Shown piece by piece: positions 31,727-43,838 of a stretch of 64,000 nucleotides of DNA. Made by a program: the position numbers and the translations under genes. Source of the stretch: the human T2T-CHM13v2.0 reference genome, Homo sapiens; assembly GCF_009914755.1 (NCBI RefSeq), contig NC_060927.1; one strand, given 5' to 3'. The notes beneath the pieces were generated by a model. That model did not search any database. It had not been told where the DNA came from and worked only from the letters and a program-made list of their open reading frames with translations. Within the stretch, counting starts at the first letter, position 1. The number at the start of each line of letters is the position of its first letter.

Positions 31727-32660
31727 CTGAGTGATGCTTTTATTTTTATTCAATTAACAATTTTTTAGCACTTAAGTTTGAAGATGTAAATAGAATATAT
31801 ATTGGATTCTTTATGACTTGGAACTATTATGATTTACTAAAACAAGAGCAAGCGTAAGGAGTATTCACCTGCTATCTACTTATCTTTTACTTTTTTAATA
31901 TACAATGCTGTAATTTTTTTACCTGCCCCGCCAAAAAAAACCCCAAACTATAGTATCTACTTCTAAAGACTGCTTTTCTATAAATAAACAGTGAGGTTTT
32001 TTGTTATTCGGACTTTCTAGACTTGGGGAAGTTACATAGATTTTTAAAGAACTTAGTAAACTTTCCTTCTTAGACTGATCATTAAAATTTTGAAGTTATT
32101 AGAATGAGTAAAAGTGTTTTATATGTAAGTTAAAATGCTAAATTTTAAATACCCTAATATATAAAATATTAGAATTCAAGAGGTGATTTAATGAAAATAA
32201 AATAAAATAAACACCAAACATGTACAGATGCTCCTTGACTTATAATATGGTTACATCCAGACAAACTGATTGTAAGTCAAAATATACTGTAAATTGAAAA
32301 GGCATTTGATGCCTGGATAAACTCATTGTAAAGTTGACAAATTGTAATTTGAACCATCATAAGTAAGGGACTGTCTTTATTTAATAAGATAGATGAAAAT
32401 ATAGAGATTGAAAAATCTAATTCTAGTGGCATTGGATTTCTCAGCTGTGAAACAATCATGATGGAGAGTCAGTTGTGTCAAAGGGTTTATCGTCTATAGC
32501 CATGAAAATAATTTAAGTGTACTTCAGTGTTAGTAATATATGTTTTAGTAAATGTTAATAGTTCCAAGTGATAAAGAATCCAATATAAATTATATTTACA
32601 ACTTCAAACTTAAGTGCTAAAAAAAATTGTTAATTGATAAAAAATAAGTGCATCACTGAG
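31727..32660. repeat. Inverted repeat, arms ~118 bp (31727-31844 and 32541-32660), spacer ~700 bp
   Basis: caattaacaattttttagcacttaagtttgaag...attggattctttatgacttggaactatta is the reverse complement of taatagttccaagtgataaagaatccaat...cttcaaacttaagtgctaaaaaaaattgttaattg. Confidence 0.93.
32225..32377. mobile_element. MER47/Tigger-family MITE; partial second copy at 33547-33684
   Basis: ta|cagatgctccttgacttataat...cataagtaagggactgtct(t)|ta, with TIR-like ends and TA flanks. Confidence 0.75.
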
Positions 32661-32772
32661 GAACCTTGAAAATAATATATATGAAAACCAAATAATTGTT
32701 TGTTCAAGTTTAGAATTATTATCACTAAATTGTTTTTCTTGGTAAGAATTCTTTTCTGTAAATGGATCTTAA

Positions 32773-33430
32773 TGGGCTTATGTTGTACAACTCCAGGGGG
32801 CAATATTCAAGTGCCATTCATGCAAAGCACCATGTGAATGACAACCTCAGGGTTGAGAATCATGGAGGCCCTGTTGTCTATACTCTATACCTGGCCCTCC
32901 TCTGGTTATTGTGAGATTAATAAACACAGAATCTGTCTTGTCACATCGCCATTCATATTAAAATGACAACCATCACCAACTGCATAATTTCCAGGGCCCA
33001 CCACAAAATGAGAGTGTGGAATTCCTTGTTCAACAAAACAGGAAAAAAAGTTTTAAATGTTTCTTCTTCAATCTCTATTTACCTGCCATGGGGCTTTTCA
33101 CTTTTCTATTTAATGCTACACTCCTTCAGTCACAGAAATAAAAAAGAAACAATTACAGAAGGAGTCCAATACCTCACAGGTTCATGAGTTCCTGCCCTGA
33201 AACTTGTTGAGCCAACCCTAATCCTCTCTGTCATTGGGCCCAGAACCCAGGTGAATCTTTCTGAGCATCAGTTCCTGTGCTACTGCACTGTTTGTAAACC
33301 CCTGAAGCAGGTTCTGGTGACTATATAATTTATCATATAAATTAGGGCAATTTTTATAATATAAGGGGCACCTTTAATAACCTTCCTGGAAAAAGAAGCA
33401 TAAACCAGCCTGATTTGGGACAAATGGAAA
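32773..33430. mobile_element. Cluster of hAT MITEs: MER91-like (~32773-32872), MER45-like (~32970-33316), MER94-like (33315-33430, terminal piece 33697-33708)
   Basis: caactccagggggc...ggccctg; tgcataatttccagggcccaccacaaaatgagag; ggtgactatataatttatc...tagtcacccta. Confidence 0.6.
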
Positions 33431-33854
33431 AATGAGTAAAAATGCTTTAATATAAGTTAATATGCTAAATTTTAAATACCCTAAAATACAAAATATTATA
33501 AATCAATAGGTGATTTAATTAAAATAAAATAGACACTAAACATGTGCAGATGCTCCTTGACTAATAACATGGTTACATCCAGACAAACTGATTGTAAGTC
33601 AAAAAAATACTGTAAATTGAAAAGCATTTAATGCCTGGATAAACCCATTGTAAAGTCAACAAATTGTACTTTGAACCATTGTAAACTTTCTGTAGGATAG
33701 TCACCCTACAGAAAGTAAAACTCAAGTTGGCCTTGGAGTTCACCCATCACAGGGGAGGGCCAGAGGGCCAGTCACTTGAGCACCCATCACAGAGGAGGGC
33801 CAGTCACTGAAATGAAATGAAATAAAAATAAGAAATGTTATAGGAACCCATGAG

Positions 33855-34170
33855 TGAAAGTCCAGAGGTGAGGTTGGCTTAAATATTAGTTTAATCCAGT
33901 GATTCTTGTTCTATTTCTGTATGATTCTCTTTGCTCCTCTTCAGATCCTTTCATCCTGAGGCAGGTATTATGATAGTTACAGTAGTTCCAGGTCTCATAT
34001 CCAGTTAAAACAATGTCCAGGAGAAGAGTAAAGTTCTCAGTCACCCAACCCCAGGCACTTTCAGAACAAAAACAGCCTCTGAAGGAGCCTTGGAAACCTC
34101 TATTGGAGTTGCATTGACCTGAATTGAATCACATGCCCATTTGTGAACCAATTACTATCAAAAAAGACTA
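33855..34170 (-). mobile_element. MLT1J/K-like LTR fragment
   Basis: aagtccagaggtgaggttggctt; cattgacctgaattgaatcacatgcccatttgtgaaccaattact. Confidence 0.6.
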
Positions 34171-34509
34171 AGTAAATGTTAAGCCTATTAGAACCATCCC
34201 TGGAGATGGGAGTGGGCTCCAATGAAAAGTATAAATCTTAAGAAAAATCAGGTTTTTATTAAGAAAATTGCTACTGGGAAATGGAAGTAGTGAATGGTGT
34301 ACATAAAAAATTGTCATTAAATAATGTTGATAAGTTGTGTTTATTGATTTTTCCTGGGTAGATAGAGGAGTCATAATGGTATGATCCTTTATCATACCTG
34401 CAGTGGCATTTACGTAGGCACAGCCAAGCCAGACAGACACAGTTTTCAGACAGTTTTATTTTATTCTATCTTTTTTTTCTTCTTGAACTGTTATTTATTA
34501 TTTATGTAT

Positions 34510-36934
34510 TGTATTAGTCTGTTTTTATACTGCTGATAAAGACATACCAGCGATTGGGAAGAAAAAGAGGTTTAATTGGGGTTATAATTCCACCTGGCTA
34601 AGGAGGCCCCAGAATCATGCTGAGAGGTGAAAGGCACTTCTTACATGGTGGATGCAAGAGAAAAATGAGGAGGAAGCAAAAGCAGAAACCCCTGATAAGC
34701 CCATCAGATGTCATGAGACTTAGTTCACTATCATGAGAATAGCATGGGATAGACCGACCCCACGATTCAGTTACCTTCCCCTGTCCGTCCCATAACACGT
34801 GGAAATTCTGGGAGATACAATTCAAGTTGAGATTTCAGTGAAAACAGCACCAACCCATATCATTCTGCCCCTGGCCCCTCCAAATCTCATGTCCTCATGT
34901 TTAAAAACCAATCATGCCTTCCCAACAGTCCCCCAAAGTCTTAACTCATTTCAGCATTAGCCCAAATGTCCACAGTCCAAAGTCTCATCTGAGGCAAGGC
35001 AAGTCCCTTCTGCCTATGAGCCTGTAAAATCAAAAGCAAGCTACTTACTTCCTACATACGCTGGGGGTACAGGTATTGGGTAAATATAGCCATTCCAAAT
35101 TGGAAAAATTGGCCAAAACAAAGGGATTACAGGGCCTATGCAAGTCTGAAATTCAATGAGGCAGTCAAATTGTAAAGCTCCAAAATAATCTCCTTTGACT
35201 ACAGTTCTCATATCCAGGTCACACTGATGCAAGAGTTGGGTTCTCATGGTCTTGGACAGCTCTACCCCTGTGGCTTTACAGGGTACAGCCTCTCTCCCAG
35301 CTGCTGTCACAGGCTGGCATTGAGAGTCTGCAGCTTTTCCAGGTGTGCAGTGCAAGCTGTTGGTGGATCTACCATTCTGGGGTCTGGAGGAAAATGGCCC
35401 TCTTCTCATACCTCTTCTAGGCAGTACTCCAGTAAGGACTGTGTAGAAGCTCTGACTCCATATTTTCCTTCTGCACTGCCCTAGCAGAGGTTTAAAATTT
35501 GGAGCTTTAAAATTTGACTGCCTCACTGAATTTCAGACTTGCATAGGCCCTGTAATCCCTTCGTTTTGGCCAATTTCTCCAATTTGGAATGGCTATATTT
35601 ACCTAATACTTGTACCCTCAGTGTATGTAGGAAGAGGTTCTCCATTAGGGCCCTGCCTCTGCAGCAAACTTGCCTAGGCCTCCAGGCATTTCCATACATC
35701 TGAAATCTAGGTGGAGGTTCCCAAACCTGAATTCTTGACTTCTGTGCACCCAGAGGCTCAGCACCACATGGAAGCTGCCAAAGCTTGGGGCTTCCACCTT
35801 CTGAAGGCACAGCCCAAGCTGTACATTGGCCCCTTTCATCCACAGCTGGAGTGACTGGGACACAGGGCACCAAGTCTCTAGACTGCACACAGAACGGGGA
35901 CTCTGGGCCTGGCCCATGAAACCAATTTCCCCCCTAGGCCTCCAGGCCTGTGATGGGAGGGGCTGTTGTGAAGACCTCTGACATGCCCTGGAGACATTTT
36001 CCTCATGATTTTGGGGATTAATATTTGGCTTCTTGCTACTTATGCAAATTTCTGCAGCCAGCTTGAATTCCTCCCTAGAAAATGGGTTTTTCTTTTCTAT
36101 CACATAGTCAGGTTTCAGATTTTCCAAATTTTTATGCTCTGCTTCTCTTATAAAACTGAATGCCTTCAACAGCACCCAAGTCACCTCTTGAATGCTTTGC
36201 TGGTTAGAAATTTCTTCCACCAGATACCCTAAATCATCTCCCTCAAGTTCAAAGTCCCACAAATCTCTAGGGCAGGGGTGAAATGCTGCCTGTCTCTTTG
36301 CTAAAACATAACAATAGTCACCTTTGCTCCAGTTCCCAGCAAGTTCCTCATCTCTATCTGAGACTACCTCAGCTTGGACCTTATTGTCCATATTGCTATC
36401 AACATTTGGGGCAAAGTCAGCCAACAAGCCTCTAGGAAGTTCCAAACTTTCCCACATTTTCCTTTCTTCTTCTGAGCCCTCCAAACTCTTCCAACTTCTG
36501 CCTGTTACCCAGTTCTAAAGTCGCTTCCACATTTTTGGGTATCTTTTCAGCAATGCCCTACTCTACTGGTAGCAATTTACTATATTAGTCTGTTTTCACA
36601 CTACTGATAAAGACATACCTGAGACTGGGAAGAAAGATATTTAATTGGAGTTCCAGTTCCACATGGCTGGAGAGGCCTCAGAAGCACAGCAGGAGGCAAA
36701 AAGCACTTCTTACATGGCAGTGGCAAGAGAAAAATGAAGAAGAAACAAAAGCAGAAACCCCTGATAAACCCATCAGATGTGGTGAGACTTAATTCACTAT
36801 CACGAGAATAGCATGGGAAAGACCGACCACCATGATTCAATTACCTTCCCCTGAGTCCCTCCCACAACATGTGGGAATTCTGGGAGATACAATTCAAGTT
36901 GAGATTTGGGTGGAGACACAGCCAAACCATATCA
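34510..36934 (-). mobile_element. THE1C-like MaLR provirus: LTRs 34510-34862 and 36581-36934, internal 34863-36580
   Basis: Both LTRs carry gaagcaaaagcagaaacccctgataa-type sequence and ctgggagatacaattcaagttgagattt; the 279-aa minus ORF 35645-36484 is the MaLR internal ORF relic. Confidence 0.93.
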
Positions 36935-37382
36935 TTTACTTATTTATTTTTATTTATAATAGATACATAACAATTACACATAATTATACATATTAATAAT
37001 TGTACATATTATAGGGTACAATATTTATAGGTTTCAATGCATGTATACATAGTATAATGATCAAGTCAGAGTAATTACTTATTCATCACTTTAAACTTAT
37101 TATTTCTCACATGATCTCACTCATATATGGAATCTAAAAAAGTTTTGTTCATGGAAGTAGAGAGTAAAATAGTGGTTACCAGAGACTGGGAGGGTAGAGG
37201 GAAGAGACGTACCTGGGGAGGTTTTTCAATGGATAGAAAGTTACAGTTAGACAGGAAGAATAAGTTTTGGTGATTTATTACACAATAGGGTGGCTATAGC
37301 AAATTACACTGTAGTGCATATTTCAACGTAGCTAAAAGAGAAGATTTTGAATTGTCACCACAAATAAATGATGAAAATTTAA
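36935..37382 (-). mobile_element. L1MA 3' end with an internal inversion (minus piece 36935-37106, plus piece 37108-37382)
   Basis: Minus piece is the extreme 3'UTR; plus piece is the upstream 3'UTR (cacatgatctcactcatatatggaatctaaaaaag...caccacaaataaatgat). Confidence 0.75.
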
Positions 37383-37569
37383 TCTTCTTAACATGTCTTT
37401 CAGGACCCCTTATAATTTTTTCTTCCACTAATATGTCTCACTATATAACCAACAAACAAATGAATTAACCTTAAAGAAATACTTGAATGGTCCAAATGTA
37501 TGGTGCTCTATTATTTTTTTTCATCCCAAGTTTCTAGCACTTACTGAACATTGAAGGCATACATATGAA

Positions 37570-39440
37570 ATTGAGAAAGGATAAGAGCATTAGGGCTGAA
37601 AGGTATCACATTTTGGTAAAAGTTCAGGAAGACAAAACATTTCATACTTACATATATCTAAAAAATAGTTAAAACACATGAAGAAAAAATGATAAAAGTA
37701 CAAGAAAAATTACATAAATTTATAATCATAGTGATTATCAAATCTTCCAAAATCTACAGATCCAATGTAATTCAAATAAAATTCCACACACTTTTTTCTT
37801 CTAAAATACAGATGGGAAAACAAAAGGCCAAGAATATCCAAAACATTATTGAAAAAGAGCAAGATAAAGTGACTTGCCCTACCATATATCAAGACTTAAA
37901 CTTATTTTTTTGAGATAGAGTCTTCCTCTCTTGCCCAGGCTAGAGTGCAGTGGTGTGCTCAGGCCTCACCGCAGCTTTAACTTCCCAGGCTCAAGTGATC
38001 CTCCCACCTCAGCCCCCTGAGTAGCTGGGGGTATTGGCATGTACCACTATGCCCAGCTAAAAGATTTACTCTTATTAGAGGAAGCAAATGATAAAAAATA
38101 AATTGACCAATGTAATCTCTTAAAGCCCTGATATTTGACAAAAGATGGTATTGAAAATTCATGAAGATAGCACGGACTTTTTGTTAAACAATGTTGGGAT
38201 AACTCATTGCCCATATGGGGGAAATACATAGAGTCTAGTGTTTGTTTTATTTCTTATGCAAAAATTTATTACACATAGAGAAAGACATCAAGACAAAACT
38301 TTGAAATACTTAAAATAATATCTTCATAACTTTAGAATTGAAAAGTTTCCCTAAACAATTTACTAAGGAACCTACCACAAAATTTTGACAAATTTGTCTA
38401 CTTTAAAATGAAGTATTTCTGTTTACTAAGATGTCATAAAAATGGGGATATATTTTCAACAAAGTATTATTATTCAGAATGCATAAAAGTCTTTCAAATT
38501 AACATAAAAAAGACAAAAAAATCAATACAAAAAGGAAGGTAAGACGTGAACATATATTTTACCAAAATAAGAAAATACGAATGGTGAGTAAACATCAAAA
38601 GGATGCTTAACCTCACTTGTTATAAGAAAATGAAAATTAGATTTTCTTTTTTCATCCAGTAGATCGACTGATGTTTATAGTCTGGTAACACCAACTGTTG
38701 GAGAAGATGTGATCAACTCTTGTATACTGTTGATTGGTGTGAAAATTTGTTTAACTACATGTAAAATATATTTAATGTCAATAAAATGTTAACATTTTAT
38801 AAATCAGAATGTATGGATAGTCTATGACAAATAGTTCCTATGTGTGACATATAAGATATTAATCTCACCGTAACATAAGTTCCATGAAAATTGGGAAAGT
38901 TTTTGTCTGTTTTCCTTTTCTATTAAAACAGTGCCTGGCACCTAGAAGATGTTTAATAAATATATGCTAAATGAAATAATGAGGAAAATCACCAAAACAT
39001 TTCATCTCAGAAGAATAGGTAAAATATAGTATATTCATAAAATAAATATCAAATTAAAAATTAATAAACTATAGCTAAATAGTATGTTCAAAAAATAACA
39101 TGATATGTTACTTTTGTGGAATTTGAAAGCAAAGAGAAATAACTTATATTTTAGGGAGATAAACATATATGATAAATCTGTTTGTTAAGATTTCAAAAAA
39201 ATGATAAACAAGGGGGAGGGGAGGGAGGGCAAAGGCTTGAGGAGGAACATATGTAAATCAAAGAGTACTGAAATGCTCTTTATTGTTATTAAGTTAATAA
39301 TGCTCTTTATTAAGTTATTAAGTTAATAATGCTAGCTAAGTTAAGAGGCTGTTCAAAGGAATTATTATTATTAAGCATTTTAATTTATACATGCTATATA
39401 TTTCTTGTATGTATTAATTATATAATTAAAATAAAAACAC
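37570..39440 (+). mobile_element. Old L1M (L1ME-like) ORF2/3' fragments, with an L2 piece near 38870-38975
   Basis: aatctacagatccaatgtaattcaaataaaattcc; aaacaatgttgggataact; taacaccaactgttggagaagatgtg. Confidence 0.65.
37905..38060 (-). mobile_element. AluJ right arm/FRAM (monomeric)
   Basis: caggctcaagtgatcctcccacctcagcc; degenerate TSD aagacttaaacttatt / aagatttactcttatt. Confidence 0.88.
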
Positions 39441-42400
39441 AACTCTAGAAAACAAATTAATAAACCCCCTTTTTAAAATGTATAGATAATTCTGCACTTG
39501 CGACATTCAGACAAAACCTATAAAATCTTTTTGCAATTACATAGTCAGCCAATTATACATCTGGCACAGGGACAAAGTTTTCCACTACCTACCTTGGTAC
39601 AGTTTCAAAAAGTACATACTTTCCAATTTGCTAGATTAATAGTTAGAACTTTGTAAGATTTATTGTTTTTAACTAGAATTTGAAACTTTGAGTTCAGAGC
39701 CCACCAATTTGGAATTGGCAACAAGTTAGTGTGAACCAGGCTAATATTTACCATTGTACTATTTATCATGAATTGGTACTTTAAGCAATTCATTATATTA
39801 AGGCTCGAAGTTTAAAAAAGATTTGTATTTTTCAGTTGTTTAAACTTATCATGGATATAAAAACATACTGTTTAAACTATAAATAAACACTCTTCTATTC
39901 ACACAGAAGGCTTATCTATTTATTTGAGCAGGATCTCAGGACTTCGTTTATCAAGAGATGATCTTTTCCTCCAGAAACTTAAATATATAAAATTTTAACT
40001 GTTTACAAAATACTAATGAGCCTTATTTTCCAATAATTCCAGTCGCTTTCTTTACTTGTGGTTTAAAAATGGGAGCTTTTTATATAAAATTCCCTTTTAA
40101 AAGATTAGGAATTTCCAATACTTGAAGACAAATACCAAATACTCCTTAATTCTAAATTCTATGACCCAGTCTGATTAGGATTCAATATGGCTTGTTTTGA
40201 CCTAATCCAAAAATAGTCAGAAAGGACAATTGGAAATGTTTCAGATGAATAAGAGTGATAGTAAGAGGAGGGTAATTAGGCTAATATGTTTAATGTTCTG
40301 AGAAGAAAACACATGGAAAAAGATTTCTCCTATTCCCAGGAACATAAATCGTCTCAATGTTAAAGAATTACCGAAAGAAATGTTGAATAATCTATCTCTG
40401 TGAAAAACATATTATTTAAATATAATGTCTTAAAGCACTTAAAGGACAGAATATTTTAAAAGTGTATTTAGAGTATATTGATTATAGCCATACATTTATA
40501 TACTTCTTGTGTAAATTCTTTACTATAATCCATTAAAAATTACCATTTTAGATGGTATTGCTCTATACAGCATGCTAGCAAACTGTAGTGAAGCTGATTT
40601 ATTCAAGGGAATTATTCATTTAATTTCCACCATTTAGTATTTATGTTCCGTTTCCATTCATTTATTCATTTCATCTTTATTCATTTATACATTTATCAAA
40701 TATTCATTTAAATGACTTTCATTATAACTACAGAAACTATAGGGTAAGATTTGCAGTAAATATATTTTTTAATAGTTTTATTCTTACAAAACCCTCTGAG
40801 CAGATAAAGGCTGCTTGACCCATCATACTCACATCTCTCTAAATTTTTACAACTTTGACCTATTCATTTTCTTTCTTTATTTGGACGGTACTCTGGAATT
40901 TCACAGAATTGCTTCACATTACCCTTAGTAGTTTATTTAATATTTGACACATTAAATATTTAGTTATACAATGAGTGTGTTATATGTTATAGTATAGACT
41001 TCAGAGAGTAGTCATTGAGGAATCTTTACCATTCAACAGCCAAGCAAACTTTTTTCACACTAGACAGTATAATAATTTGCTAGTTTTCCTTTGTTCCCTA
41101 TTCATGTTCCACTAACATTGTCCATGGTCATCTGAGATTTTTTTTCTGCCTTATAATTTCTTTTTGTTGTTGTTTTTCCAGTAAAACCAAACTTGCTATT
41201 TACAAAAACATAAACTAATTAAAATTTACACTGCTAATGGAGCCGTTATTATTATTATTTGTTTGTTTAATGATGGTTTTGTATAGAGTCTTGCTAGTCC
41301 AACGGAGCTTAAAATATTGCTTTCCTCTGAGCTTTAGTTTGGCCATATGGCTTCCCTTTTCTGCAAATGAGCATTTTCCCACATGTATCAACACAGAGAG
41401 AGAGGGACAATGACAGAGACACAAAGAAAGGGGCAATTCTTCCTATGTTGAATTTGATTCTTGTTTTTTTTTTAAGGGTAGTCACTTAAGAGATAGCTTT
41501 TATTTCTTGTAGTTGTTGATTTTTCCTCCCACCATTATCATTCATGTGCTCCCATTTTCTATGTCTATTTCTGCCCATACCCTTTACTCTATTTCAGCTC
41601 TTTTGGGTGTTATTGATTTTGGTTTCTTGCCTAGTTTTGGTTTTCTACTCTTCTTTTGAAAATCTGAAGTTAGAGTCCATTGCTCAGAACAGTTCTAGTT
41701 CAATAGATCAATGATCAGGAGGCCTGATTCTAGTCAAGGATAATTCTTTCTCCCAACTCTTCTTGCAATCATTTCAGAGAACAATCTAATAAAGTCTGCT
41801 CAACATTTTTGTATGTAATTTCCCCCCAATTTAAATTGCTACTACTGAGAGAGAGTAAAGGAATTAGCCAACATCCTTATACTGATCTGTATTTCTGACA
41901 CCAGAAAGTAGGAACACCAATACATCCTGTTTAATTATTTAGTTATTACTCTTCTTGTCTATATTGTTAAGTATTAGGCTTCCTGTTAAGGGATGGGAGA
42001 TAAAAAGTAGCAAGATCCAAGGTAGGAAGCAATTGTCATGTTCTTCTCTTTGAGCTTCAAATTTTATTTAAGGTCAGCATGGATACATAGATAAGCTCAA
42101 CAATGCCAATACAAATACATAGAAGTATGAAAATTGTGTACAAAAATGAGTGCCAGTATAGTAGCTAGGTAGTAAAGAGTTGAACAAAAATTCCATTTGC
42201 CATAAATTGATCTACAGAAATATCATCTGGAAGAACATTGCTGAGGGGTGTACAAACAATCCAAAAGCTTTTTCTAGAATTTAGAGAAAAATGGATGGAA
42301 TAGGTTCCTCCTTATATGTAACTTGATGATTATACAAAATCACAAGTGTGCTTGGGTAAAAGAGAGCATTCTGGAGCTGTGTTGCCTAATGTTTGTTTAA

Positions 42401-42623
42401 ATTCCTTGTCTTGAAACTATGATTATGTTCAATTTTTCTACAGAAAATATTTTCTACAGAAATATTTTGAGGGTATGTATGGTACTTATCATTTTTGCAT
42501 TTTAAATGAAATTTTTAAAACAGGACATTTTATATAAATCATAATAATTATGTAAGCAATAAACACTAGCCTCTTAGTTCAAATCTCTTTGACATCAGTA
42601 GTCAAAACATAGAGAAAAATTCT

Positions 42624-43046
42624 TGTGTTAGTCCATTTTGTATCATGATAAAGAAATACTGGAGGCTGGGTAATTTACAGGGAAAAGAGGTTTAATTGTC
42701 TCACGGTTCTGTAGGATATACAGGGAGCATGGCATCAACATCTGCTCGGTGCTGGTGAGGACCTCAGGAAGCTTACAATCATGGTGGAAGACAAAGGGGG
42801 AAGCCCACATATTACATGGTAAGAGAAAGAATAAGAGAGAGGTGGGGAGTTGGAACTCTTTTATACAAAATAGGTCTACATGAACTATCAGAGCAGGAAT
42901 TCACTCATCACCAAGGAGACAACACTAAGACATTCATGAGAGATACAGCTGCATGATCTAAATACCTCTCACCAGGCTCCACCTCCAACATTGGGGATTA
43001 CAAGTCAACATTATAAATGGAGGAGACAAACATCCAAACCATATCA
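42624..43046 (-). mobile_element. MSTB-like solo LTR with 5-bp TSD ATTCT
   Basis: tgtgttagtccattttg...catccaaaccatatca; attct at 42619-42623 and 43047-43051. Confidence 0.9.
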
Positions 43047-43689
43047 ATTCTCATGAAAGCCATTTACCCTAAATGTTATGTACTGATGAGAACTTTAGGT
43101 AGCAACAAAGAGCTTGAAGAGATTTAAGTCAGCATCTTGAGAGATTGTGTTTTCATGCTTTAGTTTTGTCCACAAGAGAATCAAACATTATATATAAATG
43201 CTCTCATACATATACACATATTCCTCATGTTTTATTCTTGCCTCAGTTACAGTCTCTTAGATAAGTACTTGTTACCCACCTATTGTGAGTCATCTTCCTA
43301 ATGCATTCTTTATTACTTTAAAAAACTATTTTTTATTCTTTGTCAGTTACAACATCAATGACATACAGAGTCCCTAGAATAGCCCTTCGTAAGGCACAGA
43401 GCCTAGCTCCAGATTTATAAGTGCCCTGACCATATAACCTCTACCTCAACGACCTAATCTGAAAAAATGGCATTCTTTTAAAATATTTCTTTGTCTTTAA
43501 ACCTGTTGTTTCTTTCCTTAAAACTTTCTACCCTCCCTTGCCTAGTAAACTCCTCGTTCTCTGCACCAGCTCATTTGTCACCACTTTCATGAAGCTTTCC
43601 TATACAGTTAATTCCTAAAGTTTGTTGCTCCTTTTCATTGCTCCACCATAGTTTTGTTCACATCTTTAATAGTGTTATTTTATATAGCA

Positions 43690-43838
43690 CAGAGGGAGTG
43701 TATTATAGTGGTTAAGATCATGGCTACCAGAATCAGACTATCTGAGGTCAACTCATGACTCAGCAATTCCCAGAACATGACCTTTGGCAAGTTATATGAG
43801 CTCTCTGGCTTTCATTCATTCAAAGAGAGGTAATACTA
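43690..43838 (+). mobile_element. MIR 5' half (3' half at ~60260-60366)
   Basis: tagtggttaagatcatggct...tgacctttggcaagtta; continues as cagcattgtaatgtagattaatgag...ctacctattattatta at 60.3 kb. Confidence 0.7.

Larger units (their letters stand above)
32103..33684. repeat. Dispersed direct duplication of ~255 bp (32103-32362 and 33431-33684)
   Basis: Both copies read aatgagtaaaa...atgctaaattttaaataccctaa...cagatgctccttgact...ggttacatccagacaaactgattgtaagtcaaaa...ttgaaccat. Confidence 0.93.

Noticed and set aside
29412-36840. Many overlapping ORFs of up to 279 aa
   Set aside because: All lie within THE1 LTR or internal sequence and are degenerate MaLR frames, not host genes
39272-39334. Short tandem duplications here, at ~42433-42468 and at 63660-63717 (29-bp unit)
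   Set aside because: Ordinary slippage-type micro-duplications
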